DNA of 64,000 bases from Planctomycetota bacterium (GCA_016794565.1 JAEUHQ010000103.1:34409-98408), one strand, 5' to 3'. Positions 8,882 through 19,157 are shown, counted from the stretch's first letter. The notes: a model not told the origin generated them from the sequence alone. Made by a program: numbers and translations.

Positions 8882-9432
8882 GCGTCACTCCGGTGCCGCG
8901 CACTGCGACCGGCGCCGGCGATCAGCGCCACGAGCGTCGCCACCTGGATGCCGATCTGCAGTGCACAGACCACGAACGGCAGCAGCGAACCGTGATGATC
9001 GACCGCGTGTTCGATGTCGACGAAGCCCTGGAGCAGCACGTAGCCGGCCGCCGCGGTCGCGATCGCGAGCACGACTCCGAACAGGCGCACGTCGGTCTGC
9101 AGACGATCGAGCAGGATGCCGAGGAACGCGACGATCGGCAGACCGCCCGTGAGTGTCGGCAACAACCACGACACGGGCTCGGGGCCGACGTCGACGAACA
9201 GGCACGCCCAGATCCCGACGATCGCGCCGATGCAGAAGAGCTTGCCCGCGTGGCCCGGCCAGATCGCCGCGAGACCGCAGCCCGCCGCGAAGAGCATCGG
9301 CAGGAGCCAGGCGAAGCGCGCCTTCACGGCGGGTTGCGGCAGGGAGACGATCTCGGTCATGGCCAGCCCGGCGAACGGGCCGCGGATCATCCCACGTCGG
9401 AGGACAGCGAGGAAGACCTGCGGCGGTAGCAT
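8878..9432 (-). CDS. Small integral membrane protein, unknown function (start uncertain; alternative ATG at 9360)
   Basis: 4-5 predicted transmembrane helices (LLPMLFAAGCGLAAIW, IGAIVGIWACLFV, LPIVAFLGILL, GVVLAIATAAAGYVLL). 4-nt overlap with the cdd start suggests coupling. Confidence 0.5.
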   Translation of the reverse strand: MLPPQVFLAVLRRGMIRGPFAGLAMTEIVSLPQPAVKARFAWLLPMLFAAGCGLAAIWPGHAGKLFCIGAIVGIWACLFVDVGPEPVSWLLPTLTGGLPIVAFLGILLDRLQTDVRLFGVVLAIATAAAGYVLLQGFVDIEHAVDHHGSLLPFVVCALQIGIQVATLVALIAGAGRSARHRSDA

Positions 9433-9455
9433 GCCGCGCCCCTTCCGACGACGGC

Positions 9456-10745
9456 ATGGACCAGGCCCTGCAAGACGCGCTGCGCGAACTCGGCAACGAG
9501 ACCGGATCCCCCCTCCGCATCGGCGGGATCGCAGCTCGCGACCTCGTCGCCGCGCACGGGAGCCCGCTCTACGTGTTCGACGCCGACGTGCTGCGCCGGC
9601 GCGTCCGCGAAGTGCGGGCGGCGCTCGGCCCGCGCGTCGAACTGCTGTGGTCCGTGAAGGCCAACCCTTCGCTCGCCGTCACGCGCTGCCTCCGCGACGA
9701 AGGCACCGGCGCCGAGATCGCGTCCCTCGGCGAACTGCACGTCGCGACCGCCGCGGGGCACCCGGCAGCCGAACTTCGCTTCGCCGGCCCCGGCAAGACG
9801 GACGCCGAGATCGACGCGGGCGTCGCTGCCGGGCTGACGTTCCACGCGGAGTCCGCCGACGAAGTCGGCGCGATCGCCGCCGCCGCGGACCGGAGCGGCC
9901 GGGCCGCGCGCGTCGCGGTGCGGATCAATCTGCCCGGCGAACTCGGCGGCTCGCGGCTGCGCATGGGCGGCAAGAGCAGCCGCTTCGGCGTCGACGAAGA
10001 CCGGGTGCCGGCCGTCGTGCGCACCATCGCCGGCCATCCGTCGCTGCGCCTCGCGGGCCTCCACGTCTACGGCGGCACCCAGGGATTCGACGCGGCGGCG
10101 TTCGTCCGCCACGCGAGCACCGTCGTCGCGAGATCCGCGGCATGGGAACACCAACTCGGCGTCGCGTTCGACGAACTCGACCTCGGCGGCGGCTTCGGCG
10201 TCGCGGCGTATGCGGGCGACCCGCGCTTCGACCTCGCCGCAGCGGGGCACGGCGTGCAGGAACTCGTGCACGCGAACGATCGCCCCGGGCGCCGCTGGTT
10301 CGTCGAACTCGGCCGCTACCTCTGCGCACCCGCCGGCGTCTACCTCGCGACGGTCGTGCGGACGAAGGACAGCGGCGGCGAACGCCACGTCGTGCTCGAC
10401 GGCGGCCTCCACCAGCACGCCGCCGCCGCGGGCTTCGGCGCGATCCTGCGTCGACCGCCGCTGCTCGTGCACACGGACGACCCGTGTGCGATCGGTACGA
10501 CAGTCACCGTCGGCGGCCCGCTGTGCACTTCGGCCGACCAGTTCGCGGAGCAGGCGGCGCTGCCGCCGCTCGCGAACGGCGACGTCGTGGCGATACTCGC
10601 CGCCGGCGCGTACGGGCTCACGTTCAGCCCGCACTCGTTCCTGAGCCACGCGACGCCGGCAGAAGTGATGGTCGACGCCGGCCGCGCCCGCGTGGTGCGC
10701 GCACGCGGGACTCCGTCGGACTCGCTGCGCGGCCAGGCCCCCTGA
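9456..10745 (+). CDS. PLP-dependent decarboxylase, alanine-racemase fold (diaminopimelate/ornithine decarboxylase family; 430 aa)
   Basis: ATG at 9456 (MDQALQDALREL) is in frame with ORF 9153. PLP-lysine region SVKANP and the GGG loop GGGFGV. YGGTQ motif, and CTSAD near the C-terminus, typical of LysA-like enzymes. Confidence 0.8.
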   Translation: MDQALQDALRELGNETGSPLRIGGIAARDLVAAHGSPLYVFDADVLRRRVREVRAALGPRVELLWSVKANPSLAVTRCLRDEGTGAEIASLGELHVATAAGHPAAELRFAGPGKTDAEIDAGVAAGLTFHAESADEVGAIAAAADRSGRAARVAVRINLPGELGGSRLRMGGKSSRFGVDEDRVPAVVRTIAGHPSLRLAGLHVYGGTQGFDAAAFVRHASTVVARSAAWEHQLGVAFDELDLGGGFGVAAYAGDPRFDLAAAGHGVQELVHANDRPGRRWFVELGRYLCAPAGVYLATVVRTKDSGGERHVVLDGGLHQHAAAAGFGAILRRPPLLVHTDDPCAIGTTVTVGGPLCTSADQFAEQAALPPLANGDVVAILAAGAYGLTFSPHSFLSHATPAEVMVDAGRARVVRARGTPSDSLRGQAP

Positions 10746-10760
10746 CCGGCGCGCCCGTGT

Positions 10761-12959
10761 ATGGTGCGTCGCATGCGAACTCCGATCGCCGCTGCCGCGA
10801 CGCTGACGTGCATGGCCGTGCTCGCCGCCCAGGAAGGCGTGCCGCGACCCCAGGGCCTCGTGCCCGAACAGATGTGGCCCGCGCCCGGGGAAAGCGACTG
10901 GAAGAAGCCCGTCGTCATCCAGTGGCAGCGCACGTGGGACGACGCCGTGCGCCTGTCGCAGGCGACGAAGCGCGCGATCCTCGTGTGCGTCAACATGGAC
11001 GGCGAGATCGCCAGCGAGCACTACGCCGGCATTCGCTATCGCGACCCCGAGATCGGCAAGCTGTACGAACCGTACGTCTGCGTGATCGCGTCGGTCTACC
11101 GCCACAACCCGCGCGACTACGACGACCAGGGGCGCCGCATCCCGTGCCCGCGCTTCGGCTGCGTCACGTGCGGCGAGCACATCGCCCTCGAACCGCTCGT
11201 GTACGAGAAGTTCCTGAAGGGCAAACGCATCGCGCCGCGCCACATCATGGTCGAGCTCGACGGCAGCGAGAGCTACGACATCTACTACCGGTGGGACACC
11301 GCATCGGTGTTCAAGGACATCGCGGACGGCATCACGAACCGGAAGGTGCAGACGGTGCCCCTCGTGAAAGGCGACCGTTCGCTGCTCGAGCGCCTCGAGA
11401 GTCCCGACAGCGCCGATCGACAGCAGGTCGAGAGCGAGTTCGCCAAGGCGACTCCCGAACAGCGCCGCGCGATGGTCGCCGCCGCGATCGGCGCCGGCGA
11501 ACTGGCGCCCGTCGAGATCCTGCGTCTCGCGGCGTGGGGCCTCGATCCGGCGCTGGCGCAGGAAGCGCGCAAGGGCATGGTCGTCGCCAAGGACCCGGGC
11601 ACCGTCAACCTGATCGCCGAGACGCTGCGCGCGCCGCTCGAACACGAGGAGCGCAAGGAGCTGGTCGCGGCCTTGGGCCGCTTCGGTTCGACGTCGACGT
11701 ACGCACAGGCGCTCGCGACCGCACATCAGGGTCTCGACGGCACGACCACCTCCATCGACACCGGCAAGTGGTCGCGCGCACTCGCCGCGCAGACCTACGC
11801 ACCGCCCGCGAGCGAGGATCTCACGACGGCGCTCGAGCAGAGCGACAAGGCCCTGGCCGCCGAGCCGTCGGACCCCGCGGCCCGGCTCGACGCAGCCGAA
11901 GCGAGCCTGCTGCAGGCGCTCGACACGACATCGAGCGGCGGGCGCGGATCGGCGCGGCGAACCGCGGCGGCCCGGCAGTCCCTGCTCTCCGATGCGGAAC
12001 GTCAGGCGAACCTGGCGATCGCGCAAGGTGCGACCGGCTGGCGCCCCACCGCGTTGCGGGCGATCGCCGCGTTCCACCTCGGGCGCGTGCCGGAGGCGCA
12101 CCAGCTCGCGGTCGCGGCGGCGCCCGACCTGCCCCCCGATGCGCCGGGTCGCGTCGCGATGGAAGTGCTCGCGCTGTTCGCCGTGGCCCGGCAGCACGCG
12201 ATCGTCGCCGCGGTGCGCAACAAGCAGACGTGGCCGCCGCAGTGGGCCGCCGACGTGCACGCGGCCTACGCCGTGCTCGCGCACCATCCGCTCGGCCGCG
12301 ACGAACACGCCGCGGATCACTACGACTTCCTGAAGTTCTTCAGCAGCCCCGAGACCGACGCGGTGCTCGACCGCGCCCTCGAGCGCTTCCCCGAGTCGGC
12401 GCTGCTGCACCAGCGGCTCCGCGACCGCATCCTCGAACGGCGCGACCCGGACGCACTCGAGGCCGAGTACGCACGCCGGTTGAACGCGCCGGAAGCGCGC
12501 CCGTCGCTGTCGTGGTTCGCCGGCTACGCGTCCCTCGTCGCAGCCGAGCAGAACCGCCGCAACCAGCGCCGCGAGAACGCTCTCGCCGCGTACCGGCGCG
12601 GCATCGAGCACTTCGAGACGTACGCGAAGCGCTCCGGCAACGAAGACGGCAACCACTACGTCGCGATGGCGAACGCCGGCATCGCGCGCCTGCAGCTCGA
12701 CGCCGGCGACCTGCCCGGCGCGCTGGCCTCGCTGCAGCTCGCCTTCCGCACCGCACCGCTCGCGGCGGCCGCGGTCGACGGGCTCGGCGTCACCGCGGTG
12801 CAGACCGCGGACATGCTGCGTGCGCGCGCCGTCGAGACGAACGCGCAGGACGTCGTACAGGCCGTCGACCAGGCCCTCACGGCACTGCCCGACGAGGCGC
12901 TGATCCCGCCCGAGTACGAACGCGCCTCCGGCAACACGAAGATCCGCCGCCGGCGGTGA
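10761..12959 (+). CDS. Secreted hypothetical protein (732 aa) with N-terminal Cys-rich region and helical-repeat C-terminal half
   Basis: Signal peptide MRTPIAAAATLTCMAVLAAQ. The Cys cluster CPRFGCVTCGEH, plus a CV 25 aa upstream. Ala/Leu-rich helical C-terminal part with real-protein composition. Confidence 0.65.
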   Translation: MVRRMRTPIAAAATLTCMAVLAAQEGVPRPQGLVPEQMWPAPGESDWKKPVVIQWQRTWDDAVRLSQATKRAILVCVNMDGEIASEHYAGIRYRDPEIGKLYEPYVCVIASVYRHNPRDYDDQGRRIPCPRFGCVTCGEHIALEPLVYEKFLKGKRIAPRHIMVELDGSESYDIYYRWDTASVFKDIADGITNRKVQTVPLVKGDRSLLERLESPDSADRQQVESEFAKATPEQRRAMVAAAIGAGELAPVEILRLAAWGLDPALAQEARKGMVVAKDPGTVNLIAETLRAPLEHEERKELVAALGRFGSTSTYAQALATAHQGLDGTTTSIDTGKWSRALAAQTYAPPASEDLTTALEQSDKALAAEPSDPAARLDAAEASLLQALDTTSSGGRGSARRTAAARQSLLSDAERQANLAIAQGATGWRPTALRAIAAFHLGRVPEAHQLAVAAAPDLPPDAPGRVAMEVLALFAVARQHAIVAAVRNKQTWPPQWAADVHAAYAVLAHHPLGRDEHAADHYDFLKFFSSPETDAVLDRALERFPESALLHQRLRDRILERRDPDALEAEYARRLNAPEARPSLSWFAGYASLVAAEQNRRNQRRENALAAYRRGIEHFETYAKRSGNEDGNHYVAMANAGIARLQLDAGDLPGALASLQLAFRTAPLAAAAVDGLGVTAVQTADMLRARAVETNAQDVVQAVDQALTALPDEALIPPEYERASGNTKIRRRR

Positions 12960-12993
12960 GCCGCGGCCGCACCGGCGCGGCTCGCATCCCGGG

Positions 12994-13806
12994 TCAGGCG
13001 TCCGCCAGCATCGCGTCGAGCGATCGCCGCGGCACGAACGCGCCGACGAGCGAGGCGTCACGCGGCCGCGCAGCGTCTTCGCACTCGACCGGCACGAGCA
13101 GCGACGCATCGAGGCCGTGGCGACCGAAGAAGCGGCACGCGAACTCCCAGCGCGAACAGCGTTCGGGCCCGGCAACGTGCACCAGCGGCGGTGCGCCGGG
13201 ATCGGCGACGAGCTCGGCGAGCGCAGCCGCAGCGTCCGCCGAGTGCAGCGGCGTGCGGTACTCGTTCGTGTACATGCGCGACGGACTGCCGGCGGCCGCC
13301 GCGGCGCGCAACGACGCCGATGCGCCGCGGCCTCGGTCGTCGGGCCCGAACAGCAGCGGCAGGCGAACCACGCGCCCACCGCGGCGCAGCGCGGCTTCTT
13401 CGCCTTCGGCCTTGGTCGCGCCGTACGCCGACAGCGGCGCCGGCGCCGAGGTCTCGGAGTACGGCGCGTGCCGGCCGTCGAACACGAGGTCGGTCGACAC
13501 GTGCAGCAGCCGCGAACCGAAACGACGCGCGAACTCCGCCGGAACGGCGACATTGATCGCACGCGCCGCATCGATGCTCCGTTCGCACTCGGGCTGGCGC
13601 GCCATCGCCGCGAGATTCAGGACGAGGTCCGGCCGCAACGCTTCCACGACCGCGGCGACCATGCCAGGAGCGGCGAGATCGACTGCCGCCTCGACACCCT
13701 TGCGCGCGGTCACGACGACCTCGTGACCCCGTTCGCGCAGCGCTTCCACCGCGGGACCGCCGAGGAAGCCGGTTGCTCCGGTGACGAGGATGCGGACGGC
13801 GGCCAT
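12994..13806 (-). CDS. NAD(P)-dependent sugar nucleotide reductase/epimerase, RfbD (dTDP-4-dehydrorhamnose reductase)-like (270 aa)
   Basis: Start MAAVRILVTGATGFLGG is a Rossmann GxxGxxG motif. Catalytic YxxxK in SAYGATKAEGE. cat at 13804-13806. Confidence 0.7.
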   Translation of the reverse strand: MAAVRILVTGATGFLGGPAVEALRERGHEVVVTARKGVEAAVDLAAPGMVAAVVEALRPDLVLNLAAMARQPECERSIDAARAINVAVPAEFARRFGSRLLHVSTDLVFDGRHAPYSETSAPAPLSAYGATKAEGEEAALRRGGRVVRLPLLFGPDDRGRGASASLRAAAAAGSPSRMYTNEYRTPLHSADAAAALAELVADPGAPPLVHVAGPERCSRWEFACRFFGRHGLDASLLVPVECEDAARPRDASLVGAFVPRRSLDAMLADA

Positions 13807-13833
13807 GGGCGCGTATGGTTGCAGCTGCGCCCC

Positions 13834-14742
13834 GTGAAGCAAAGCCCGCCTCCCCGCCGCGTTCTCCTGATCGCGAACCCGATCTCGGGCGGTGGCCGGG
13901 CCCGCACCCTCGCCCCTCGCCTCGCCGCCGCTCTCGTGCAGCGCGGCGTGGCTGCCGAAGTCCACTTCACGTCGGCCGCTGGGGACGGCGCGGCTCGGGC
14001 GCGCGCGGCGGCGATCGAGGCCTGGGACGGCGTCGTCGCGATGGGCGGTGACGGAACCGTCAACGAGCTGTTGAACGGCATGCCCGATCCGGGCCGCTCG
14101 CTCGGTGTGTTCCCGATCGGTACCGCGAACGTGCTCGCGAAGGAACTGCGCCTGCCCCACCGCCCCGACGCGGCGGCGGCCACGATCGCCGCGGGGCACC
14201 AGCGCAGCCTCGCGATCGGCGAGTGCAACGGCCGGCGGTTCCTGCTGTTCGTCGGCGCGGGAATCGACGGCTCGGTCGTGCAGCGGCTCGCCGCCGTGCG
14301 GTCGGGGACTCTCGGCAAACACAAATGGCTCGGTCCGATCCTGCACACGGTGTGGCACTGGCCGCGCCACTCGCTGGCTGTGACCTTCGCGGACGGGACC
14401 CGGCTCGAAGGGCTGCGGTCCGTGCTCGCGACCCGGGTCCGCAACTACGGCGGGGTGATGCAGCTCACGCCGGGCATCGATCCCGACGACGGCTTCCTGC
14501 ACGTCCTGTGCTTCCGCGCGGCCAGCCGGACACGATGGGTGTGGATGGGCGCGCGAGCGATGCTCGGCCGTTTGCGGCCGGGCCCGCTCCTCGAGGTGCG
14601 GGCGACGACCGCCGTGCGCATCGAAGGCAGCGCACCCTTCCAGATCGACGGCGACCATGGCGGTTCGTGTCCGGCGGATCTGCGCGTGCTGCCCGTGCGG
14701 GCGTCGATCTGGGCGCCCGCCGCGCACGCGCGGCGTCAGTGA
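13834..14742 (+). CDS. Diacylglycerol/lipid kinase catalytic-domain protein (YegS/BmrU family), GTG start (alternative TTG at 13819)
   Basis: No in-frame ATG exists; GTG at 13834 gives VKQSPPPRRVLLIANPISGGG. The DAGK_cat motif GGDGTVNE is present. Divergent from the RfbD-like gene with a 27-nt spacer. Confidence 0.65.
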   Translation: MKQSPPPRRVLLIANPISGGGRARTLAPRLAAALVQRGVAAEVHFTSAAGDGAARARAAAIEAWDGVVAMGGDGTVNELLNGMPDPGRSLGVFPIGTANVLAKELRLPHRPDAAAATIAAGHQRSLAIGECNGRRFLLFVGAGIDGSVVQRLAAVRSGTLGKHKWLGPILHTVWHWPRHSLAVTFADGTRLEGLRSVLATRVRNYGGVMQLTPGIDPDDGFLHVLCFRAASRTRWVWMGARAMLGRLRPGPLLEVRATTAVRIEGSAPFQIDGDHGGSCPADLRVLPVRASIWAPAAHARRQ

Positions 14743-15932
14743 TCGCCGACGCGACTCGAGAGCCCGTTGCTGGTGACGACTCCGAGGGTGTTGGCGAGGT
14801 CCCCCACGACGAACGGCGTCACGAGCGCGATCGCCTGCGCATGGATCGTGGTACCCGGCGGCATCGCGGGCGGAAAGCTCACGTCGAACCGGATCGTCGC
14901 CGCGGGAGCGACCGCGAAGAACACGACGTCGAACGACGCCAGGTAGGACGCGCAGCCCGGGGCTCCGAGCGCCGCGAGGTCGATCCCGCCGGCGACCTCG
15001 CTGGCGGCGAGGGCCAGGAACCCGAGCCGTACGCCGGACCCGACGATCGCTTCGGGTGCGTCCACCATGGTGTAGTGCACGAGCGTGCCAGCCTCCGAGG
15101 TGGAGACCGGCGGCGGCGCAGCCGCGAGACCGAGTGAGCGCAGGTCCGGCGACGTGACGATGGAATCACCGACGTGCAGCGGCGGCGGCACGAGCGATGG
15201 CCCGCCCGGCGAGTAGCCGACGAGGTGCGCCGAGCCGAACGGCGAACTCGTCGCGCCATCGACCGCGACCCAGACGTAGCGCACACGGCCCGAGTCGAGA
15301 CCGAACTGGAACTGGAACGTGCCGCGGTTCGGGACTCCGGCGGGGAAGTTCTCGACGTCGCGCCACGTGACGCAGAACCAGCTCTCGCCACCGGCGACGG
15401 CCTCGTGGGTCGTGATGCGACCGCTGCCCGGCTCCGCCGGGTTCCAGTCGTGCCACGCGAAGAACGCGGTGTCCGGCGCGGCGGCGAAGCGCGGGCTCGG
15501 TGTGAAGTCGTTCGGCGGCGAGTTCCACGCCCCCCCGTCGATACCCGGGCCGGTCGCGACGATGCCGTTGCTGTGCACCCAGATCGTCGACGCAGCGCCA
15601 TCGAGGGTCGGGAGCGGTCGCGGCAGCGCGACTGCAACCTGGCCGTCGTCGCTCGGCGGCAGGAGTGCCGCGTTCGCACCGGGCTGCAGGTAGCCGCCCA
15701 TGCCCCACGACCCCACGTAGCCGAGGCCCGAGGGATGGAGTTCCAACGAACGCCCGGTCAACACGAGCGATGCCACAGCGGCGTCGGGCAGCAGCACGAA
15801 GAAGGAGTCGCGCGCCGACTCGTGGCAGCCCTGACCGAAGGCGAGATGCGACGCCGCGCCGCCGTTCGGGTCCTGTGCCGGCAGCATCGCCGACACGAGG
15901 CAGACGATCCCGATCGTGGGTACCGCGCGCAT
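14736..15932 (-). CDS. Family B secreted paralog, copy B1 (398 aa; single internal module)
   Basis: Start MRAVPTIGIVCLVSAMLPAQ is a signal peptide, with cat at 15930-15932. Motifs shared with B2/B3: TIWVHSNG, CVTWRDV..TFQFQFGLDSGRVRYVW, and the C-terminal tail GAPGC...VTPF...VTSNGLSS. Convergent 7-nt overlap with the lipid-kinase gene. Confidence 0.65.
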   Translation of the reverse strand: MRAVPTIGIVCLVSAMLPAQDPNGGAASHLAFGQGCHESARDSFFVLLPDAAVASLVLTGRSLELHPSGLGYVGSWGMGGYLQPGANAALLPPSDDGQVAVALPRPLPTLDGAASTIWVHSNGIVATGPGIDGGAWNSPPNDFTPSPRFAAAPDTAFFAWHDWNPAEPGSGRITTHEAVAGGESWFCVTWRDVENFPAGVPNRGTFQFQFGLDSGRVRYVWVAVDGATSSPFGSAHLVGYSPGGPSLVPPPLHVGDSIVTSPDLRSLGLAAAPPPVSTSEAGTLVHYTMVDAPEAIVGSGVRLGFLALAASEVAGGIDLAALGAPGCASYLASFDVVFFAVAPAATIRFDVSFPPAMPPGTTIHAQAIALVTPFVVGDLANTLGVVTSNGLSSRVGDH

Positions 15933-16140
15933 GCCGAACGCTACCTCGCCGCCGAGGCACGGTGCCTGCAGCCCGCTCCCGGCGCCAGCGTGCGTCGCGA
16001 CGGCGCCCACGGGACCGGACCTCCCGACGCGCGGGCCGCGCGGCTCAGGTCGGGACGCTGCCAACAGAGCGGGCCCGCACCACCGTGAGGCGCGGGCCCG
16101 CGGGATCGAGGGCAGCTCGACCCGTTCGGCTTCGACCGGG

Positions 16141-16164
16141 CGAGCGAAGCCCGGGGTTCGCTCG
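16141..16164 (-). terminator. Putative GC-rich stem-loop 5 nt downstream of the B2 stop (no U-tract)
   Basis: cgagcgaa-gcccgggg-ttcgctcg forms a perfect 8-bp stem. A second dyad (two copies of the palindromic gcgggcccgc) lies at ~16068-16103. Confidence 0.25.
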
Positions 16165-16168
16165 GTCC

Positions 16169-18010
16169 TCAATAGGTATTGAAGATCGACTGCAGACCGT
16201 TGCTCAGCACGCCACCGAATGCGTTCTGGCCGTTGGGCAGGCTGAACGGCGTGAAGAGGCCCAGCACCTGACCATAGAAGCTGAGGCCCGGCGACAGCGG
16301 CTGCGGCATCGACAGCACGACCGACGACGTCGGAGCAGTGCCAGGCAGCGGGATCGTGACGTCGAGCGACAGGATGTTCAGGTTGCAGCCCGGCATGTCG
16401 AGGAAGCCCATGTCGAGGCCGCCGGGGAACGGAGCCACACTGAACATCAGGATGCCGAGGCCGATGCCGAGCGGCGGCACGAGGTCGATCATGTTCGAGG
16501 CCGTGTACGTGATCGGCACGGTCGGATTGCCGGGCGTGTAGATCGGCGCCGGGGACGCGGACAGGGCGAGGGCCTGGGTCGCGTTGTAGTCCGGCTGCGT
16601 GAGGAACGGCGGCACGGTCGCGAGGCTGATCGAACCCGGATCGAGCGACAGACCCGGCGAGTAGCCGACGACCATGTCGATACCGGCCGAGTTCTGCATC
16701 GCGTTCCACACGAACTTCACGTCGCCGTTGGCGAGGTTGAACTGCAACTGCCAGCGATCGGAGACGCCGGTCGTGTTGTAGCGGACGACGTTCTCCCACG
16801 TGATGTAGAGCACACCACCGACTTCCTGGCTCTTGATCGCTCCGCCCGCCGACGGGTCGTAGTCGGCATTGCTGCGGAAGGACGGGATCACCGCGTTGAG
16901 CAGTTCGAACACGTCGCCGTAGGCAGCGACGTTGTTGTTGCCGATGCCGCCCATGTTCACGAATCCGTTCGAGCACACCGACAGCGTGCCGACCGGACCT
17001 GCGGGCGTCGGGAAGGGGATGCTCGGCGTGACGTCGACTTCGGAGTCGTCGGTCAGCGCGAGCGTCGAGGCGCCACCGGTCGGCGCGACGTAGGTCCCGC
17101 CGCCCCACGTGACGAAGTAGCCCTGGCCAGCGGGCGACATCGTCATCGAGTTGCCCGCCAGGGTCGCCGACCCGGCCGGCGTGCCGAAGTACTGGTAGAA
17201 GGCCTGCGACGCGCGCGGTCCGTAGCAGCCGGAGCCGTACGCGACGTGGTCGGCGCCCGTGCACACGACCGACGAGGTGTAGCCACCGAGCCCGTTCGGC
17301 GAGAAACGCAGCGTCTTGCCGGCGAGCGGGAAGGCACCGAGGTATTCACCCCAGAGGATGCCGACGTTGCCCGAGTTGGCGCCCGCGAGCAGATCGGAGG
17401 CCACCTCCGCCCCCGTGCCCGCCGCGTTGCCGGCCGACACGCCGATCCAGACCGCGTCGACGGCGTTGCCGGGGCAGTTGATGTCGTACGCGTAGTCGAT
17501 GTTGCCGTTGCTGTACAGCGTGCAGCTGAAGCTGAACTGGTCGGTCGGGGTCTGGTACCGCGCGACGTTCTGCCACGTGATCGTGACCTGGTTCGCCGTC
17601 GCCGTGTTCACGAAGATCTCCCACGGGCCGAGCGTCGATTGCTGGATGTCGTCGCCGTAGACGACGAGGCGCGGCGAGCCGAACGCGGCACCGCGCAGTT
17701 CCCCGAGTGTGTCGATCAGGAACTGGATCGGAGCGACGAGGCCGTAGTTCGCGTCGGAGAGATAGACGTGCCCGTTCGAACCGACCCAGATGCGGTTGCA
17801 GACCTGGCCGGGCGCCGTGGTCGGCATCGGGAAGGTGAACCCGAGCTGGATCGGCAGGATGCTGCGGCCTTCGTCGTGGATCGGGTAGCCGCCCCACACC
17901 GAGTACATGGAACCGGATTGTGCGGCGCCGCCGATGTTGGTGAAGCACTGCGCCTGCGACACCGCGGCGAGGGCCGCCACGGCGGAGAAGGAAGCGATGA
18001 GACGATTCAT
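16169..18010 (-). CDS. Family B secreted paralog, copy B2 (613 aa; two internal modules)
   Basis: Complete ORF with signal peptide [22 protein letters not shown]. Duplicated module ITWQNVARY...[18 protein letters not shown] and ITWENVVRY...[17 protein letters not shown]-terminal tail [13 protein letters not shown]...LSNGLQS. Confidence 0.75.
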   Translation of the reverse strand: MNRLIASFSAVAALAAVSQAQCFTNIGGAAQSGSMYSVWGGYPIHDEGRSILPIQLGFTFPMPTTAPGQVCNRIWVGSNGHVYLSDANYGLVAPIQFLIDTLGELRGAAFGSPRLVVYGDDIQQSTLGPWEIFVNTATANQVTITWQNVARYQTPTDQFSFSCTLYSNGNIDYAYDINCPGNAVDAVWIGVSAGNAAGTGAEVASDLLAGANSGNVGILWGEYLGAFPLAGKTLRFSPNGLGGYTSSVVCTGADHVAYGSGCYGPRASQAFYQYFGTPAGSATLAGNSMTMSPAGQGYFVTWGGGTYVAPTGGASTLALTDDSEVDVTPSIPFPTPAGPVGTLSVCSNGFVNMGGIGNNNVAAYGDVFELLNAVIPSFRSNADYDPSAGGAIKSQEVGGVLYITWENVVRYNTTGVSDRWQLQFNLANGDVKFVWNAMQNSAGIDMVVGYSPGLSLDPGSISLATVPPFLTQPDYNATQALALSASPAPIYTPGNPTVPITYTASNMIDLVPPLGIGLGILMFSVAPFPGGLDMGFLDMPGCNLNILSLDVTIPLPGTAPTSSVVLSMPQPLSPGLSFYGQVLGLFTPFSLPNGQNAFGGVLSNGLQSIFNTY

Positions 18011-18216
18011 GGAGTTGCCTCTGGGACTTGGGGAGATTCCTGCCAGCGGTCGGAACGACCGGGGGGAGACGAGGAAGGAACCCGGGGAGGACGGTAGTCG
18101 AGGGCCAGGAAATGTCCACCCGGGCCGCCGCGCCGCCGCGCCCGAGCCGCCGCGCCAGCGCGTGGCGGCCGACTCCGAAGGAGCGACCCCGCGCCGAGGC
18201 CGCTAGGATCGTGCCG

Positions 18217-19053
18217 ATGGATCGACCTGCTCCTCGCGAAGTCCGCGTCGGCAACGTGCCGTTCGGCGGCGGCAATCCGTTCGCCCTGATCGCCGGCCCG
18301 TGTGTCATCGAGAACCGCGACCACGCGCTGCGCCACGCCGAGGCGCTGCAGCGAATCTGCCGCGCCGCCGGCGTCCCGCTCGTGTTCAAGAGCAGCTTCG
18401 ACAAGGCCAATCGCACCGCGGGAACGGCATATCGCGGCCTCGGCATCGACGAGGGTCTCGCGATCCTCGGCGAAGTGAAGCGCTCGTTCGGCGTGCCGGT
18501 CCTCACCGACGTGCACGAACGCGAACATTGCGCCACCGCGGCGGAGGTCGTCGACTGCCTGCAGATCCCGGCTTTCCTGTGCCGCCAGACCGACCTGCTG
18601 CTCGCAGCCGCGGCCACAGGTCGAACGGTCAACGTGAAGAAAGGTCAGTTCCTCGCGCCCGACGACGTCGGCAACGTGCTCGCGAAGGTCACCGGCGCCG
18701 GCAATCCGAACGCGATGATCACCGAACGGGGGGCGAGCTTCGGCTACCGAACGCTCGTCGTGGACTTCGCCGGGTTCCCCACGATGCGCGGGTTCGGCCA
18801 GCCCCTGGTCTTCGACGCCACGCACTCCGTGCAGCGACCGGGCGGCGCGGGCACGTCGACCGCGGGCGATCGCACGAAGGTCCCCTACCTCGCGCGCGCG
18901 GCCGTCGCCTGCGGCGTCGACGGTCTCTTCCTCGAGGTCCACGAAGACCCCGACCACGCTCCGAGCGACGGTCCCAACATGCTGCGGATGGACTCGCTCG
19001 CCGGCCTGCTCGGCGACCTCGTGCGGATCCAGTCGGCCGTGCGCGCGCGCTGA
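18217..19053 (+). CDS. kdsA: 3-deoxy-8-phosphooctulonate (KDO8P) synthase (278 aa)
   Basis: ATG at 18217 ([32 protein letters not shown]). KdsA motifs [19 protein letters not shown] and [10 protein letters not shown]. Confidence 0.9.
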   Translation: MDRPAPREVRVGNVPFGGGNPFALIAGPCVIENRDHALRHAEALQRICRAAGVPLVFKSSFDKANRTAGTAYRGLGIDEGLAILGEVKRSFGVPVLTDVHEREHCATAAEVVDCLQIPAFLCRQTDLLLAAAATGRTVNVKKGQFLAPDDVGNVLAKVTGAGNPNAMITERGASFGYRTLVVDFAGFPTMRGFGQPLVFDATHSVQRPGGAGTSTAGDRTKVPYLARAAVACGVDGLFLEVHEDPDHAPSDGPNMLRMDSLAGLLGDLVRIQSAVRAR

Positions 19054-19157
19054 TCCGCCGTGCGGCGCGCGGGGCCGACGATCCGATGCGACGGCCGCGC
19101 GGAGCTTTCACACGCGTTTCGCTTTGTCCTCGCTGCCAGCGGTCATGGTGGTCGTCG

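Noticed and set aside
9116-13726. 1536-aa plus-strand ORF, and similar giant ORFs (4938-8171 minus, 9387-13571 minus, 15665-18097 plus, 19143-21212 minus, 21074-23497 minus, 29793-35117 minus upstream of 31691, 37481-39313 minus, 41247-42740 minus)
   Set aside because: Extreme Arg/Ala/Gly/Pro bias and no recognisable motifs. They run antisense or out of frame to well-supported genes (decarboxylase, valS, RecQ, paralogs and others). This is the typical stop-codon-poor artefact of ~70% GC DNA.
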